Shown here: positions 19,804 through 30,662 of the stretch, piece after piece
How the letters are laid out: every line of letters starts with the position of its first letter
Position numbering within the stretch: the first letter of the stretch is position 1
From: Nitrospirales bacterium
Lineage (GTDB): Bacteria > Nitrospirota > Nitrospiria > Nitrospirales > UBA8639
Reading direction: 5' to 3'
Assembly: GCA_963555755.3 (NCBI GenBank)
Contig: OY820905.2
Span: forward strand, 3,968,001 to 4,032,000
Length of the DNA stretch: 64,000 nt
The notes under the pieces: generated by a model
Database searches by the model: none
Told to the model about the DNA's origin: nothing
Seen by the model: the letters and a program-made list of their open reading frames with translations, nothing else
Translations under genes and position numbers: made by a program

Positions 19804-21969
19804 ATGGATTTGTTTAAGAATCTTCTGGGACGATTGTCTGATAGCTTTTTCTCCTCCGTTCCCGCAGGATTCAATCCTCGTTCTCGGAACCAAAAGAGTC
19901 CTTCCCTCAAACTCGTTTCGGATAATCCGAATCCCGAACCGGCCAGTGAAACATCACAAGATCGATCCACCCATTCCACCGTAGGTCATGCCGAGTCCCT
20001 CGAAGAAGCTTTGCAACGGAGTGAGACCTGGTTACTACGACAACAAGATCCTGTTGAAGGATTTTGGGTTGAAGAATTGGAAGCCGATACGACTTTGACC
20101 TCGGAGTACCTCATGCTTCGCCGGTACCTTGGTCTTGTTGATACCGAGCGGGAAGCCAAAGCCGTTCGATATTTGCAACATACACAATTGGAGGATGGGG
20201 GATGGCCCATTTATAACGGGGGACCCCTCAATATCAGTGCTTCAGTCAAAGCCTATTTTGCACTGAAATTAACTGGGCTGTCGCCAGAGGACCCATGTAT
20301 GCGAATGGCCAGGGAGGCCATTTTGGCAAAGGGCGGGGTGGTGTCGGCAAATGTGTTTACCAAGATCACGCTGGCGCTGTTCGGACAATATGATTGGCGA
20401 GGTATCCCGAGTATGCCGCCAGAAATTATTCTTGCCCCCAAGTGGTTCTATTTTAATATCTATGCCGTTTCTTATTGGTCCAGAGCCGTCATTGTCCCTC
20501 TGCTGATCATTTTTGCCTGTAGACGATCCTGCGACGTATCTCCTGAAGAAGGCATTGACGAGCTGTATCTCACGCCTCGTGAACAGGTTCGGTATCGAGC
20601 CGAACCGCCGTTCCGAAAAGATCGAGCCTTGATCAGTTGGCGAAACTTCTTTGTATGGGTCGATGGAATTCTCAAGATTTATGAACGGTATCCCATTGCT
20701 GCCTTACGCAAGAAGGCGGTGAAAACGGCTGAAGTGTGGATGCTGGAGCACATGGAGGGTGATGGTGGAATTGGCGCGATCTATCCAGCTATGGCAAATT
20801 CTATTTTTGCATTGCGTGCGCTTGGCTATCCCACGACGCATCCCCTCATCGCCAAAGCCTTGCTTGAGATCGAAGCCTTGGAGGTTGAAACGCCGGTGAC
20901 TGAAAATGGGCAACGGGTTGATCGGCTGCATCTGCAACCTTGTCATTCCCCGGTCTGGGACGTGGCCTTGACCTTGAATGCGCTCATTGAACGAGGACTT
21001 CCTTTGGATCACCCCGTTCTGTCCAGTGGCGCGGACTGGTTGCGTTCCTGTCAAACGTCGTCGGTCGGAGATTGGATTGTGTCTGCGCCCTCAGCAAAAC
21101 CCGGCGGGTGGTATTTCCAATTTGAAAATGAATGGTATCCCGATGTCGATGATACCGCTGCCGTGGTCACCGCCTTGACGAAACTCGAATCCTGCTACCC
21201 TGCGGATGCCGACGATGCGATTAGCCGAGGGAGCCAATGGACATTGGCTATGCAAAGCTCGAATGGGGGATGGGGTGCCTATGATAAGGACAATGACCGG
21301 CTGATTTTCAATAAAATTCCCTTTGCCGATCATCAGGCGTTGCTTGATCCGCCTACTGCCGATTTGACCGGACGCTGTCTCGAGATGCTTGGAACCTTAG
21401 GGTACGACCGATCCCACCCTGCGGTGGAGCCGGCTTTGGAATTTCTCAGAAATGAACAGGAAGCCGATGGCAGTTGGTATGGCCGTTGGGGCGTGAATTA
21501 TATATACGGTACCTGGTGTGTGTTGGCTGGCCTTGAGGCTATCGGTGAAGACATGTCCGCACCCTGGATTCAAAGGGCCGTGGCGTGGCTGGAGTCCAAA
21601 CAGAATGTCGATGGCGGGTGGGGCGAGTTGTGCATGTCGTATGCTGAGCCGTCCTGGTCTTGCAAAGGTGAAAGTACGGCTTCCCAAACGGCTTGGGCGC
21701 TGATGGCGTTACTGGCGGCTGGGGTCGCCGATTCCTTAAATGTCGTGCGAGGAGTGAACTACTTGCTTCGTCACCAGCAAGATGATGGGACGTGGCATGA
21801 ACCGTTTCATACAGGAACCGGTTTCCCACGTGCATTCTATCTTCGCTACCATGGATATTGTAAATATTTTCCCATGTGGGCGCTGGCGATGTATCGGAAT
21901 GTCCGGAGCCATGGCCACACACGAGCCACCGAGTTACGTCGCGCAGCACAACTAGCCAGAAGTCGGTAA
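19804..21969 (+). CDS. shc: Squalene-hopene cyclase
   Basis: YPDVDDTA (DXDD) motif and multiple QW repeats. Confidence 0.96.
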   Translation: MDLFKNLLGRLSDSFFSSVPAGFNPRSRNQKSPSLKLVSDNPNPEPASETSQDRSTHSTVGHAESLEEALQRSETWLLRQQDPVEGFWVEELEADTTLTSEYLMLRRYLGLVDTEREAKAVRYLQHTQLEDGGWPIYNGGPLNISASVKAYFALKLTGLSPEDPCMRMAREAILAKGGVVSANVFTKITLALFGQYDWRGIPSMPPEIILAPKWFYFNIYAVSYWSRAVIVPLLIIFACRRSCDVSPEEGIDELYLTPREQVRYRAEPPFRKDRALISWRNFFVWVDGILKIYERYPIAALRKKAVKTAEVWMLEHMEGDGGIGAIYPAMANSIFALRALGYPTTHPLIAKALLEIEALEVETPVTENGQRVDRLHLQPCHSPVWDVALTLNALIERGLPLDHPVLSSGADWLRSCQTSSVGDWIVSAPSAKPGGWYFQFENEWYPDVDDTAAVVTALTKLESCYPADADDAISRGSQWTLAMQSSNGGWGAYDKDNDRLIFNKIPFADHQALLDPPTADLTGRCLEMLGTLGYDRSHPAVEPALEFLRNEQEADGSWYGRWGVNYIYGTWCVLAGLEAIGEDMSAPWIQRAVAWLESKQNVDGGWGELCMSYAEPSWSCKGESTASQTAWALMALLAAGVADSLNVVRGVNYLLRHQQDDGTWHEPFHTGTGFPRAFYLRYHGYCKYFPMWALAMYRNVRSHGHTRATELRRAAQLARSR

Positions 21970-22050
21970 TGATTCTTGCGCGAACCCTAACGTCTCGCGA
22001 TTTTTGGAATCGTCAAACTCTCACAATCCTTATCATGTCTGGAGCGCTTC

Positions 22051-22833
22051 CTGCATAGGGTCGTCATTTTTGTTGCCACTCGTTGGGAATGTCATGCCAT
22101 ACAACGAGCGTTGCCTGGAGGTCGAGTTGCGAAAATGGATGGGGTTCGCCGTTACACGGCGGAAACCTCACACGTTTCGGTCACGTTGATTCAGACAGGG
22201 GTGGGAATCCAGAACGCCCTCACAGCCGGTGGAGACGTGTTGGGCGCTAGTCAATGGGACCTGGCAATTTCCTCTGGATTTGCCGGTGCGCTTATCCCCT
22301 CATGCATTGGCGCTCTTGTTCTCCCCAATACCGTGGTTTTGAAACCTCTCGATACGGCTGAACGTGTAGGGTTGTCGTCTTTTCCCTGTAGTGTAGAATA
22401 TCACCGGATTGCCAGTCAGGTTGTCGAGGTGATTCAACCTTCCTTGGTTTCTGGTGTATTGGTGACGGTTCCGTGGATTGTGTGGTCGGTGTCTGAGAAG
22501 CGTGCCATCGCCGAGACATTTCAAGCTAGTGCCCTTGATATGGAAAGTGCCGGGATTGCCGAGAGGGCGACTGAACAGAAGATTCCGTTTCTCGTGATTC
22601 GAACGGTCTCCGATCTCAAGGATGAGAATCTGCCTGAGGAATTTAATCTTTTTCTTTCCCCGTCAACGTGGGCGCTAGGGGTGTGGCGAATTATCAGTCA
22701 GCCTGCGAATTGGGCCAAGTTGTTTCAGCTGCGACAACAAATGAAGGTGGCCTCTCGGCAACTCACGAGTTTTTTTGATACGTTTTTTCTTTATCTGGGA
22801 CAACAGGAACATGATTCGTCTCACAGGCGATGA
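22051..22833 (+). CDS. Hopanoid-associated nucleoside phosphorylase (HpnG-like)
   Basis: TGVG, SSGFAGAL, LDMES and IRTVSD PNP/UDP motifs; directly downstream of shc; start probably CTG. Confidence 0.8.
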   Translation: MHRVVIFVATRWECHAIQRALPGGRVAKMDGVRRYTAETSHVSVTLIQTGVGIQNALTAGGDVLGASQWDLAISSGFAGALIPSCIGALVLPNTVVLKPLDTAERVGLSSFPCSVEYHRIASQVVEVIQPSLVSGVLVTVPWIVWSVSEKRAIAETFQASALDMESAGIAERATEQKIPFLVIRTVSDLKDENLPEEFNLFLSPSTWALGVWRIISQPANWAKLFQLRQQMKVASRQLTSFFDTFFLYLGQQEHDSSHRR

Positions 22834-22851
22834 CAGCATGCTTTGGATTAA

Positions 22852-23041
22852 GGGAATGTTGAAAAAAGCCGCCAGCGGCGTTCTCGCCCTTTTGCCGTGC
22901 TCACGTACTGAGAGTACGCTCCGCGCGTCAAAAGGGCTGCGGCCTTGCTGGACGGACTTTTTTGAACATTCCCTCCAATTGACGATGCTTGGCTCCTCTG
23001 GAGCTTTTATTGGCTATGGGAAGGAGATATTCAACAGACCC
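22852..23041 (+). repeat. MITE family A copy (190 bp)
   Basis: gggaatgttgaa / ttcaacagaccc ends, 5-bp TSD ATTAA. Confidence 0.88.
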
Positions 23042-23204
23042 ATTAAAGGGATTGGCGCATGCTCGGTAGCCCTTATTCGAAATGTGAGGTATATGTTTCT
23101 GCGTCTCGTCCATGCCCTCGCTTGGACGGTCCGTCCTCCATTTCGGGTTGACTAGACTATCGAATAACTGCCTTTCATCGGCTTTACGTCCACGTGTGCC
23201 GCTA

Positions 23205-23351
23205 TGGGCAGCCGAGATTCCTGAAAATTTTCCCATCTCTGACTGGGTTGCGATGCTGAAACATGGTAAAATTATTGCCATGGCGCCTTCGAAGGAATTT
23301 CTCTATACAAAATATCCAGCGGGACGAGAATTTATTTTCGTGATGGAGTAA
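23205..23351 (+). pseudogene. C-terminal remnant of an ABC ATPase (MlaF-like)
   Basis: EIPENFPISDWVAMLKHGKII resembles the segment after the H-loop; upstream of an mlaC-like gene. Confidence 0.5.
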
Positions 23352-23568
23352 CCTGTCGCCCGGTGGTGCAGGGGAGGTTTTGCGACCTGGTGAAACGATT
23401 CAAGATACAGAAGCTGGTATTGACATTGAGCAAGTCATTAGTCAATTCATTCACGGGAATGTGGAGTAAGGGGGCAGGCTCTTCGGAAAGACTCAGGGAA
23501 TGCTTTTTCAACACCCTACTAAAGATGCCCCGACATATTATTAGCCTTTCAATGGAAGGAAACAGGCA

Positions 23569-24228
23569 ATGAGACACGCGTGGTATGACCAGGTCACTTC
23601 TCTTTGCAGAGGGAAGCGTTTTCCCGTTTTGTCTTTGCTGGCGTGTCTTTTTGTGTTGTTCATGCATCAAGGCTCTGTGATGGCCGTAGAATCGGGTTCA
23701 GCAACCGAAGCGATCAAGGGAACGATCGATCAGGTGTTGGTTATTCTTGGTGATGAAAAATTCAAACAACCTGAGTATGCCGATGAAGGTCGCGCAGCTC
23801 TGGAACAGGTGATGGCCAAACGTTTTGACTATGCAGAAATGGGCAAACGCACGCTAGGCCGTGAATGGAAAAAGTTGAACGTGACCCAACAACATGAGTT
23901 CGTCGAATTATTCCAACAATTCCTGTCGAATACATATGCCGGAAATGTCGATGGATTCACAGGAGAGCAGGTGGAGTATATTAAGGAGCGCCGCAAAGGG
24001 AAATTCGCGGAGGTCCAGATGAAGGTCATTTCGAAAAAGCTTACCATACCGATTGATTATCGCCTTCTGAAGAATTCTAACTCATGGCGTGTCTATGATG
24101 TGGTCATCGACGGAGTCAGTTTGGTCAAGAATTTCCGTGGGCAGTTTGCCCGGATCATCAAAGCGTCTGGATATCAGGGTCTTCTGGATAAACTTCGTTC
24201 TAAAACCACTAAAAAAACAGTGAAATAA
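23569..24228 (+). CDS. MlaC/Ttg2D (HpnM-like) periplasmic lipid-binding protein
   Basis: FDYAEMGKRTLG and WRVYDVVIDGVSLVKNFRGQF motifs. Confidence 0.88.
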   Translation: MRHAWYDQVTSLCRGKRFPVLSLLACLFVLFMHQGSVMAVESGSATEAIKGTIDQVLVILGDEKFKQPEYADEGRAALEQVMAKRFDYAEMGKRTLGREWKKLNVTQQHEFVELFQQFLSNTYAGNVDGFTGEQVEYIKERRKGKFAEVQMKVISKKLTIPIDYRLLKNSNSWRVYDVVIDGVSLVKNFRGQFARIIKASGYQGLLDKLRSKTTKKTVK

Positions 24229-24244
24229 TTTCTCTTCTGCGTCA

Positions 24245-24991
24245 TTGGCTAATGTTATGAGGTTTCAATGGGTTTGCTGGTGTCTATTGGGGTTGGGCGT
24301 GAGTCTGTTCCTACCTGTAACCGGGCATTCCAATCTGCTCGCTTCAAAAGAAGTGGGCTACCCAGCGTCTCTCAAAAATCAGCTACAAGAATTACATCAG
24401 GCACATTCATCGTCACCAGAAAATCTTAATCTGTTGATACAATTGGCCAGCACCTACCTTGATGCGGGCGATGATTTGTACAGCGAGACACCCAGGCGAT
24501 TGGAGGCATACCAAACGGGGGTGGATTTTGCCAAACAAGCCTTGGCTCTCGATCAACAGCACGCCCATGCTCATTTTCTCTATGCGGCCAACCTTGGTCA
24601 TATTGCCCAACTTCAAGGGATTCTGGTCTCGGCCTTCCTCATTCCAGAAATTATTGGGCATGTTGAACAATCTCTCGAAATAGCGCCAACGCATGCCCCA
24701 GCCTTGCATATGATGGGAATGATTCTTGATGGCTTGCCATGGTTTTTGGGAGGAGATGCGGAAGGATCCATTGTGTACCTGGAACGGGCCGTTGCCGCTG
24801 ATCCTCACTATACCCATGCTCGTGTAAATTTAGGAAAATTATATTTGAAGCAAGGCCGAGTACAAGCTGCAAAGGAACAATTGTTATTGGTCACCAACAC
24901 GCAATCGCCCCATGGAGTCTATGCGTGGTCTCACCATCATAAGCCCGAAGCGTTAAGCCGTCTCGAGGAGTTAGGACCTGAGAGAAAATAA
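24245..24991 (+). CDS. Exported TPR protein
   Basis: Signal peptide, TPR-like helices, LPWFLGGD motif; the last codons are supplied by the MITE. Confidence 0.8.
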   Translation: MANVMRFQWVCWCLLGLGVSLFLPVTGHSNLLASKEVGYPASLKNQLQELHQAHSSSPENLNLLIQLASTYLDAGDDLYSETPRRLEAYQTGVDFAKQALALDQQHAHAHFLYAANLGHIAQLQGILVSAFLIPEIIGHVEQSLEIAPTHAPALHMMGMILDGLPWFLGGDAEGSIVYLERAVAADPHYTHARVNLGKLYLKQGRVQAAKEQLLLVTNTQSPHGVYAWSHHHKPEALSRLEELGPERK

Positions 24992-25254
24992 TTTGGACAA
25001 TATCGCGCTAAGATTTGGGTCAGATTTGGACGGACCGATTGAGAAAAACCCGAGGCATAGCACAGCTATGTTGAGGGTGTTTCAATTGAGGCCCGTTCAA
25101 AGATGGCCCGAAGATTGGATGCGAGATTGATCAAGTTATTCTCTCGCAGGTCCTAAGAGCTTGCGCGGACTTTTGTGATCCAACTGCTGATTCTAGGTTC
25201 AATGATGGCCCGAAGATTGGATGCGAGATGTCCAAGTTATTTTCTCTCAGGTCC
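24974..25254 (+). repeat. MITE family C copy (24974-25153), family E end fragment, and partial C copy (25197-25254)
   Basis: Sequence identity to 16642-16820 and, in reverse complement, to 30676-30708. Confidence 0.82.
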
Positions 25255-25550
25255 TGGCTCAGGGTGAGGAAAGAGCAGGCCTGTAATTTTTGGGGGATTC
25301 CAATTTTATTGGTAACTACTCAGGTGGATAGGCTGAAGGCCGAAGGCTTTTAGGGGGCAACCATGCGTGAGCGTACAAAACTTCAGGTAATTATGAGTGA
25401 TAGCCTTCAGTCTTTAGCCTTCAGCCTAAATACCTGAGTAGTTACTTTTATTGAAGGTCTGTTTAGCCTCGATGTTTTGACGTGGCCATGCCATGGTGTT
25501 TTCTTGACAGTCGAACCTAAGTGTGCGAATGTTTAAGCGTTTTGCACTAG

Positions 25551-25710
25551 GAGCCTGTCCGAGATTAGAATGATCTACTGTGGATGCGCTGGATTTGGCC
25601 AGATCTTTCGATCCTTTTCGTTGTATAGTCCCACTATTCGCCTCAAACGATCGAAACATCTGACTCAAACCAGCACATCCTCGCTACGGTCGCTAATCTC
25701 GGACAGGCTC
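25551..25710. repeat. MITE (160 bp) with CTAG target duplication
   Basis: 18-bp TIR gagcctgtccgagattag, CTAG on both flanks. Confidence 0.85.
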
Positions 25711-25762
25711 CTAGAATTCTTGGCAATTCCCACCTGAAAGAAATTCCGAAAAGAGGTACTGT

Positions 25763-27667
25763 ATGTCTTTCCTAAATAAGATCGAAAGCCCTGCTGATCT
25801 TAAAAAACTGACTCCTGAAGAATTGCCGCAGCTTTGCGAAGAAATTCGCCAGCAGATCATTCCGGTGATTGCCAATGTCGGAGGGCATCTCGCGTCCAAT
25901 CTTGGCGTGGTTGAGTTGACGGTGGCCCTGCATTATTTGCTGAATACGCCCGAGGATCTCATTGTCTGGGATACCAGCAATCAAACCTATACCCATAAAC
26001 TGTTGACCGGTCGTCGTGAACAGTTTCATACCATTCGCCAGTTCGGCGGGATGAGCGGGTTCTGTAAACGCGAAGAGAGTTCGTATGATACCTTTAACGC
26101 AGGCCATGCGGGAACTGGTGTGTCTGCTGCCGTTGGGTTTATGGAAGCTCGTGAGCAAAAAGGGCAGTCGCATAAGGTTGTGTGCGTGGTTGGGGATGGG
26201 GCGCTGACTTCGGGGTTAACGCTGGAAGGGATGCAGCAAGCGGGGGATTTGCAGAAAGATCTCGTGGTGATTCTTAATGACAATCAAATGTCGATTTCCA
26301 AAAATGTTGGAGCAATCTCCGCGTATCTCAATCGAACAATCACTGGCGAATTTTATTCCAAACTCAAAGAAGAGACCTCACAGATCTTGGGCTCCATTCC
26401 TAAAATAGGGGAGCCGGTCAAGAAACTCGCCAGCCGTGCGGAAGAGTTGGCTAAGGGCTTGGTTTTGCCAGGACTGCTTTTTGAGGAATTAGGGTTTCGC
26501 TATGTTGGTCCCCTGGAAGGCCACAATTTTGAGCACCTCTTGCCAATGTTGGAAAATGTCCTCAAGCTCAAAGGCCCAACTCTGTTGCATCTTGTGACCA
26601 AAAAAGGGCTAGGTTACGAACCGGCCATGAAGAATCCTGTGTGGTTTCATGCCTGTTCGCCATTTGATATTCAGACAGGACAGCCAGCGAAGAAGTCTTC
26701 CAAACCCTCTTATAGTTCTGTGGCAATGGGAACCTTAGTGAAACTGGCCACCGCAGATAAACGGATTGTGGCCATTACCGCGGCCATGATTGAAGGCACC
26801 GGCTTGGGCGCTTTCGAAAAAGCCTTTCCTGATCGGTTGTATGACGTAGGCATTGCCGAGCAACATGCCGTGACGTTTGCCGCTGCATTAGCAGCCCAGG
26901 GGATGCGTCCGGTCATTCCGATTTATTCCACCTTTCTCCAAAGGGCGTATGATCAAGTGGTTCATGATGTGGCCACGCAAAACCTTCCCGTGACGTTTTG
27001 TATCGATCGGGGTGGGTTGGTGGCCGAAGATGGGACCACACATCATGGTGCATTTGATTTTGCGTATCTTCGCCATGTGCCCAACATGACGATTATGGCG
27101 CCAAAGGATGAAAATGAATTGCAGCATATGATAAAAACGTGTTTGACGACCAACGGGCCGACCGCGGTTCGTTACTCCCGAGGGTCGGTGGTAGGGGTGC
27201 CCATGGACCCTGAGCCTGAACCCTTGCCACTGGGAAAAGGCGAATTGTTGGAATCGGGTCATGATATTGCCCTTGTGGCAATTGGGATCACCGTCCATAA
27301 AGCCGTTGAGGCCGCAGAACGATTAGAACAGGAAGGTATTTCCGCAGCGGTCATTAATGCTCGGTTTGTGAAACCGTTGGATGGCGAGCTCATCCGGGAG
27401 GTTTCCCAGCAGGTCAAATGTTTGTTAACGATTGAAGAGTCTTCACGAATGGGTGGATTCGGCTCAGCAGTTCTGGAGTTTCTCTCAGATGAAGGGATAA
27501 TCAATTTGCCAACCAAATGTCTTGGTCTGCCGGATTGGTTTATTGAGCAGGGACCACAGGATTTACTCCGGGAAAAATACGGGTTAACCGCTGATGGTAT
27601 TTACCAACAAGCCAAACAATTGCTCGCCAAGGTCTCGACCCAACCCGTACTGACCTCACTGTTTTAA
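25763..27667 (+). CDS. dxs: 1-deoxy-D-xylulose-5-phosphate synthase
   Basis: GGHLASNLGVVEL, GDGALT..NDN, DVGIAEQHAV and DGTTHHG motifs. Confidence 0.97.
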   Translation: MSFLNKIESPADLKKLTPEELPQLCEEIRQQIIPVIANVGGHLASNLGVVELTVALHYLLNTPEDLIVWDTSNQTYTHKLLTGRREQFHTIRQFGGMSGFCKREESSYDTFNAGHAGTGVSAAVGFMEAREQKGQSHKVVCVVGDGALTSGLTLEGMQQAGDLQKDLVVILNDNQMSISKNVGAISAYLNRTITGEFYSKLKEETSQILGSIPKIGEPVKKLASRAEELAKGLVLPGLLFEELGFRYVGPLEGHNFEHLLPMLENVLKLKGPTLLHLVTKKGLGYEPAMKNPVWFHACSPFDIQTGQPAKKSSKPSYSSVAMGTLVKLATADKRIVAITAAMIEGTGLGAFEKAFPDRLYDVGIAEQHAVTFAAALAAQGMRPVIPIYSTFLQRAYDQVVHDVATQNLPVTFCIDRGGLVAEDGTTHHGAFDFAYLRHVPNMTIMAPKDENELQHMIKTCLTTNGPTAVRYSRGSVVGVPMDPEPEPLPLGKGELLESGHDIALVAIGITVHKAVEAAERLEQEGISAAVINARFVKPLDGELIREVSQQVKCLLTIEESSRMGGFGSAVLEFLSDEGIINLPTKCLGLPDWFIEQGPQDLLREKYGLTADGIYQQAKQLLAKVSTQPVLTSLF

Positions 27668-27680
27668 CGCGGCGTTCTAC

Positions 27681-28844
27681 ATGCACATCACACGACGTCA
27701 GACTAAGTCCATCCAAGTCGGTTCTGTCAAAATTGGTGGTGGGGCCCCCGTCTCGATTCAATCCATGACGATCCCTCACCCCCGCGATGTGAAAGCGACA
27801 GTGGAGCAGATACACCAGCTCGAACAAGCTGGTTGCGAATTGGTTCGAGTGGCGGTTCCTGATGAGGAGGCTGCCAATGCCTTGTCCTCGATTAAATCAC
27901 AAATCTCCATTCCGCTCATTGCCGATATTCACTTTGACCATCGCCTGGCTCTCACTGCTGCGAAAGTCGTAGATTGCGTAAGAATCAATCCTGGGAATAT
28001 CGGACCCTGGTGGAAGATGGCCGAAGTGCTACAAGCAGTGACCGACAATGGAATTCCTCTTCGCGTGGGCGTCAATGGTGGATCTCTTGAACGTCCACTC
28101 CTCGAAAAATATGGCTACCCAACTGCCGAAGCCCTAGCCGAGTCGGCCCTCAATGCCGTCCATGCGATTGAGGATGCCGGGTTCACGAATATGAAAGTCT
28201 CGCTAAAGGCCTCTGACGTGCATATGGCCGTCGATGCGTATTGGCTGTTTTCTCATCAGTCGGATTACCCTCTCCATATCGGGATAACAGAGGCTGGGAC
28301 CGCCACGACTGGAGCCGTCAAATCCTCCGTTGGTCTGGGGTGGCTGCTTTCTCAAGGAATAGGAGATACGTTGAGAGTGTCGCTGGCTGCCGATCCGGTG
28401 GAAGAAGTGAAAGTGGGTTTTGAAATTCTTAAATCGCTGGAATTACGGCATCGCGGGGTGAACGTCATTGCCTGTCCAACGTGCGGGCGAGTGGAAATTG
28501 ATGTGGTACGAATGGCCAATGAGTTAGAGCAACGATTGGGGCATATCACCAAGCCGCTCAATGTTTCTGTTTTAGGATGTGTGGTCAATGGCATAGGGGA
28601 AGGCAAGGAAGCTGATATAGGGATTGCCGGTGGACAAGGGATGGGCATTTTGTTCAAAAAGGGAAAGCTTGTCAAAAAGGTTCCCTCTGAAGAGCTTGTA
28701 GATTTGTTGGTAGAAGAAGTTGAACGCATGGCCTTGGAAACAGATGAGGAAACGTCGGCCTCTCTCGCCTCTTTGCCTGATTTTGATGAGGCCATGTCCC
28801 CCTCCCTGCCTGGCCGAGAGCTTCCTGTTTTACCCAAAGGATAG
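27681..28844 (+). CDS. ispG: HMBPP synthase
   Basis: ADIHF, RINPGNI, GIGDTLRVSL, CPTCGR and GCVVNG motifs. Confidence 0.96.
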   Translation: MHITRRQTKSIQVGSVKIGGGAPVSIQSMTIPHPRDVKATVEQIHQLEQAGCELVRVAVPDEEAANALSSIKSQISIPLIADIHFDHRLALTAAKVVDCVRINPGNIGPWWKMAEVLQAVTDNGIPLRVGVNGGSLERPLLEKYGYPTAEALAESALNAVHAIEDAGFTNMKVSLKASDVHMAVDAYWLFSHQSDYPLHIGITEAGTATTGAVKSSVGLGWLLSQGIGDTLRVSLAADPVEEVKVGFEILKSLELRHRGVNVIACPTCGRVEIDVVRMANELEQRLGHITKPLNVSVLGCVVNGIGEGKEADIGIAGGQGMGILFKKGKLVKKVPSEELVDLLVEEVERMALETDEETSASLASLPDFDEAMSPSLPGRELPVLPKG

Positions 28845-28929
28845 CGATAGTACGGACATGAGTCGAGGGTGTTCGTCCTTCATTAGCATCCTTGTCAGGG
28901 CCTAGGGGCGGCGTTATAATGCCGACTAT

Positions 28930-29005
28930 GGCGCCGTACCCAAGTGGCTAAGGGAGCAGTCTGCAAAACTGCGATTCAGCGGTTCGACCCCGCTCGGCGC
29001 CTCCA
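28930..29005 (+). tRNA. tRNA-Cys(GCA)
   Basis: Cloverleaf ggcgccg/cggcgcc, anticodon GCA, GTTCGA, encoded CCA. Confidence 0.95.
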
Positions 29006-29177
29006 AATGCCTTTGTTTTTGGTAAGGTTAGGGGTGTGGGGTTCGGATTCTCATTCTGGAGATATTCGAATTTCTTCATTACTTGTTGGGAAAGGGTGAG
29101 TGTTTGGACTCCATGGTCCTTTGCCCCCTTTCTTATTAGAATTTTCATCAGCCCGATACATTCCTAAGGAGAGTCAA

Positions 29178-30193
29178 ATGGCTGTTCCGGTATCTCAAAT
29201 GTGGACGGTTTCCAGTTACGTCATCGCTCAAAAGCTCAAGAGAGTGAAACGATACCCGTTGGTGTTGATGCTGGAGCCGATATTTCGCTGCAATTTGGCT
29301 TGTGCCGGGTGTGGCAAAATCCAATACCCCGATCATGTATTGGATCGACGGCTTTCGCCAGAACAATGTTGGGCAGCGGCAGATGAATGTGGTGCTCCGA
29401 TTGTCAGTATCCCTGGGGGGGAGCCCCTTATTCATCCCGAGATGTCGGAGATTGTGCGTGGATTGGTTGAACGAAAAAAATATGTCTATCTGTGCACGAA
29501 TGCCATTCTGCTGGAGCGAAAAATTGATGAATATCAGCTTCCAAGTATCTGACGTTCAGTATCCATATGGATGGACTTCGGGATGAACATGATCTCGCAG
29601 TGTGTCGGGATGGGGTGTATGAGGTCGCGGTGAAAGCCATCAAGACAGCTCTCAAGAAAGGATTTCGTGTGACCACCAACACGACCCTGTTTGATGATGC
29701 GAACCCTCAACGAGTGCGTGCCTTTTTTGATGAAATGATGGATCTTGGCGTTGAAGGAATGATGATATCCCCTGGCTATAGTTACGATAAAGCGCCTGAT
29801 CAACATAGCTTTCTGAAGCGTGACCGAACGCACGATTTATTTTCAAAGCTTCTCGCCAATCGAAAACGGGGCTGGCAGTTTAATCAATCCCCCCTGTTCT
29901 TGGAATTTTTAATGGGGAAGCGAGACTATCAGTGTACGCCATGGGGTAATCCCACTTACAATGTGTTTGGATGGCAAAAGCCGTGTTATTTATTACAAGA
30001 CGGATATGTGTCAGATTTTGCGACCTTGCTTAACGAGACGGACTGGGATAGCTACGGGACTGGACGCAATGAAAAGTGCAAGGATTGCATGGTCCATTGC
30101 GGGTACGAGGCTACTGCGGTTGAAGATACATTTAGTTCCTGGTCCGGGTTCGCTGGAACGGTGAAAGCCACTCTCTTCCCCAACGCGACGTAG
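29178..30193 (+). pseudogene. hpnH: Adenosylhopane radical SAM synthase HpnH, split by a 1-bp frameshift near 29540
   Basis: [19 protein letters not shown] in ORF1; CTPWG and CKDCMVHCGYE in ORF2; may be a sequencing error. Confidence 0.88.
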
Positions 30194-30237
30194 GTCACCT
30201 GCTCTTTCACCATTTTGTGTTTCTGATTTTTCCCATC

Positions 30238-30582
30238 ATGTCTCAGAACCAGCCTTCCCAAAACCAGGAAGACAATCTGCAAGGATCGGTATTTCGGCCA
30301 GCTTCCGCCGAAGAGCTGTCTATGGCGGTGGATCAAGCCTTCGATTATCGAGGAGACGTGACCATTGAACTCAAATCCGGGGACTCCATTGTCGGGTATG
30401 TGTTTGGTCGGACGAACAATGATACTCGTGCCGATCTAGAGCTCTTTCCCACTGACAAACCTGGCCAAATGACTATTCAATTTGCCGATATCGCGGCCAT
30501 TAGTTTTTCCGGGAAAGACACGGCTTTTGGGCAGTCTTGGGAATCCTGGATTCAAAAGAAAAAAGAAGAGGGAAAGAAATAG
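30238..30582 (+). CDS. Hypothetical protein (Sm-like AFDYRGDVTI motif)
   Basis: Clean ORF downstream of hpnH. Confidence 0.7.
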   Translation: MSQNQPSQNQEDNLQGSVFRPASAEELSMAVDQAFDYRGDVTIELKSGDSIVGYVFGRTNNDTRADLELFPTDKPGQMTIQFADIAAISFSGKDTAFGQSWESWIQKKKEEGKK

Positions 30583-30662
30583 CGCGTTCGGTACTGGGTT
30601 TGTTTCGTTGGTTTTGTTCGTATTGTTCTGTTCCACGGTTCCCTTGACCTCCTTCCTGCTTC

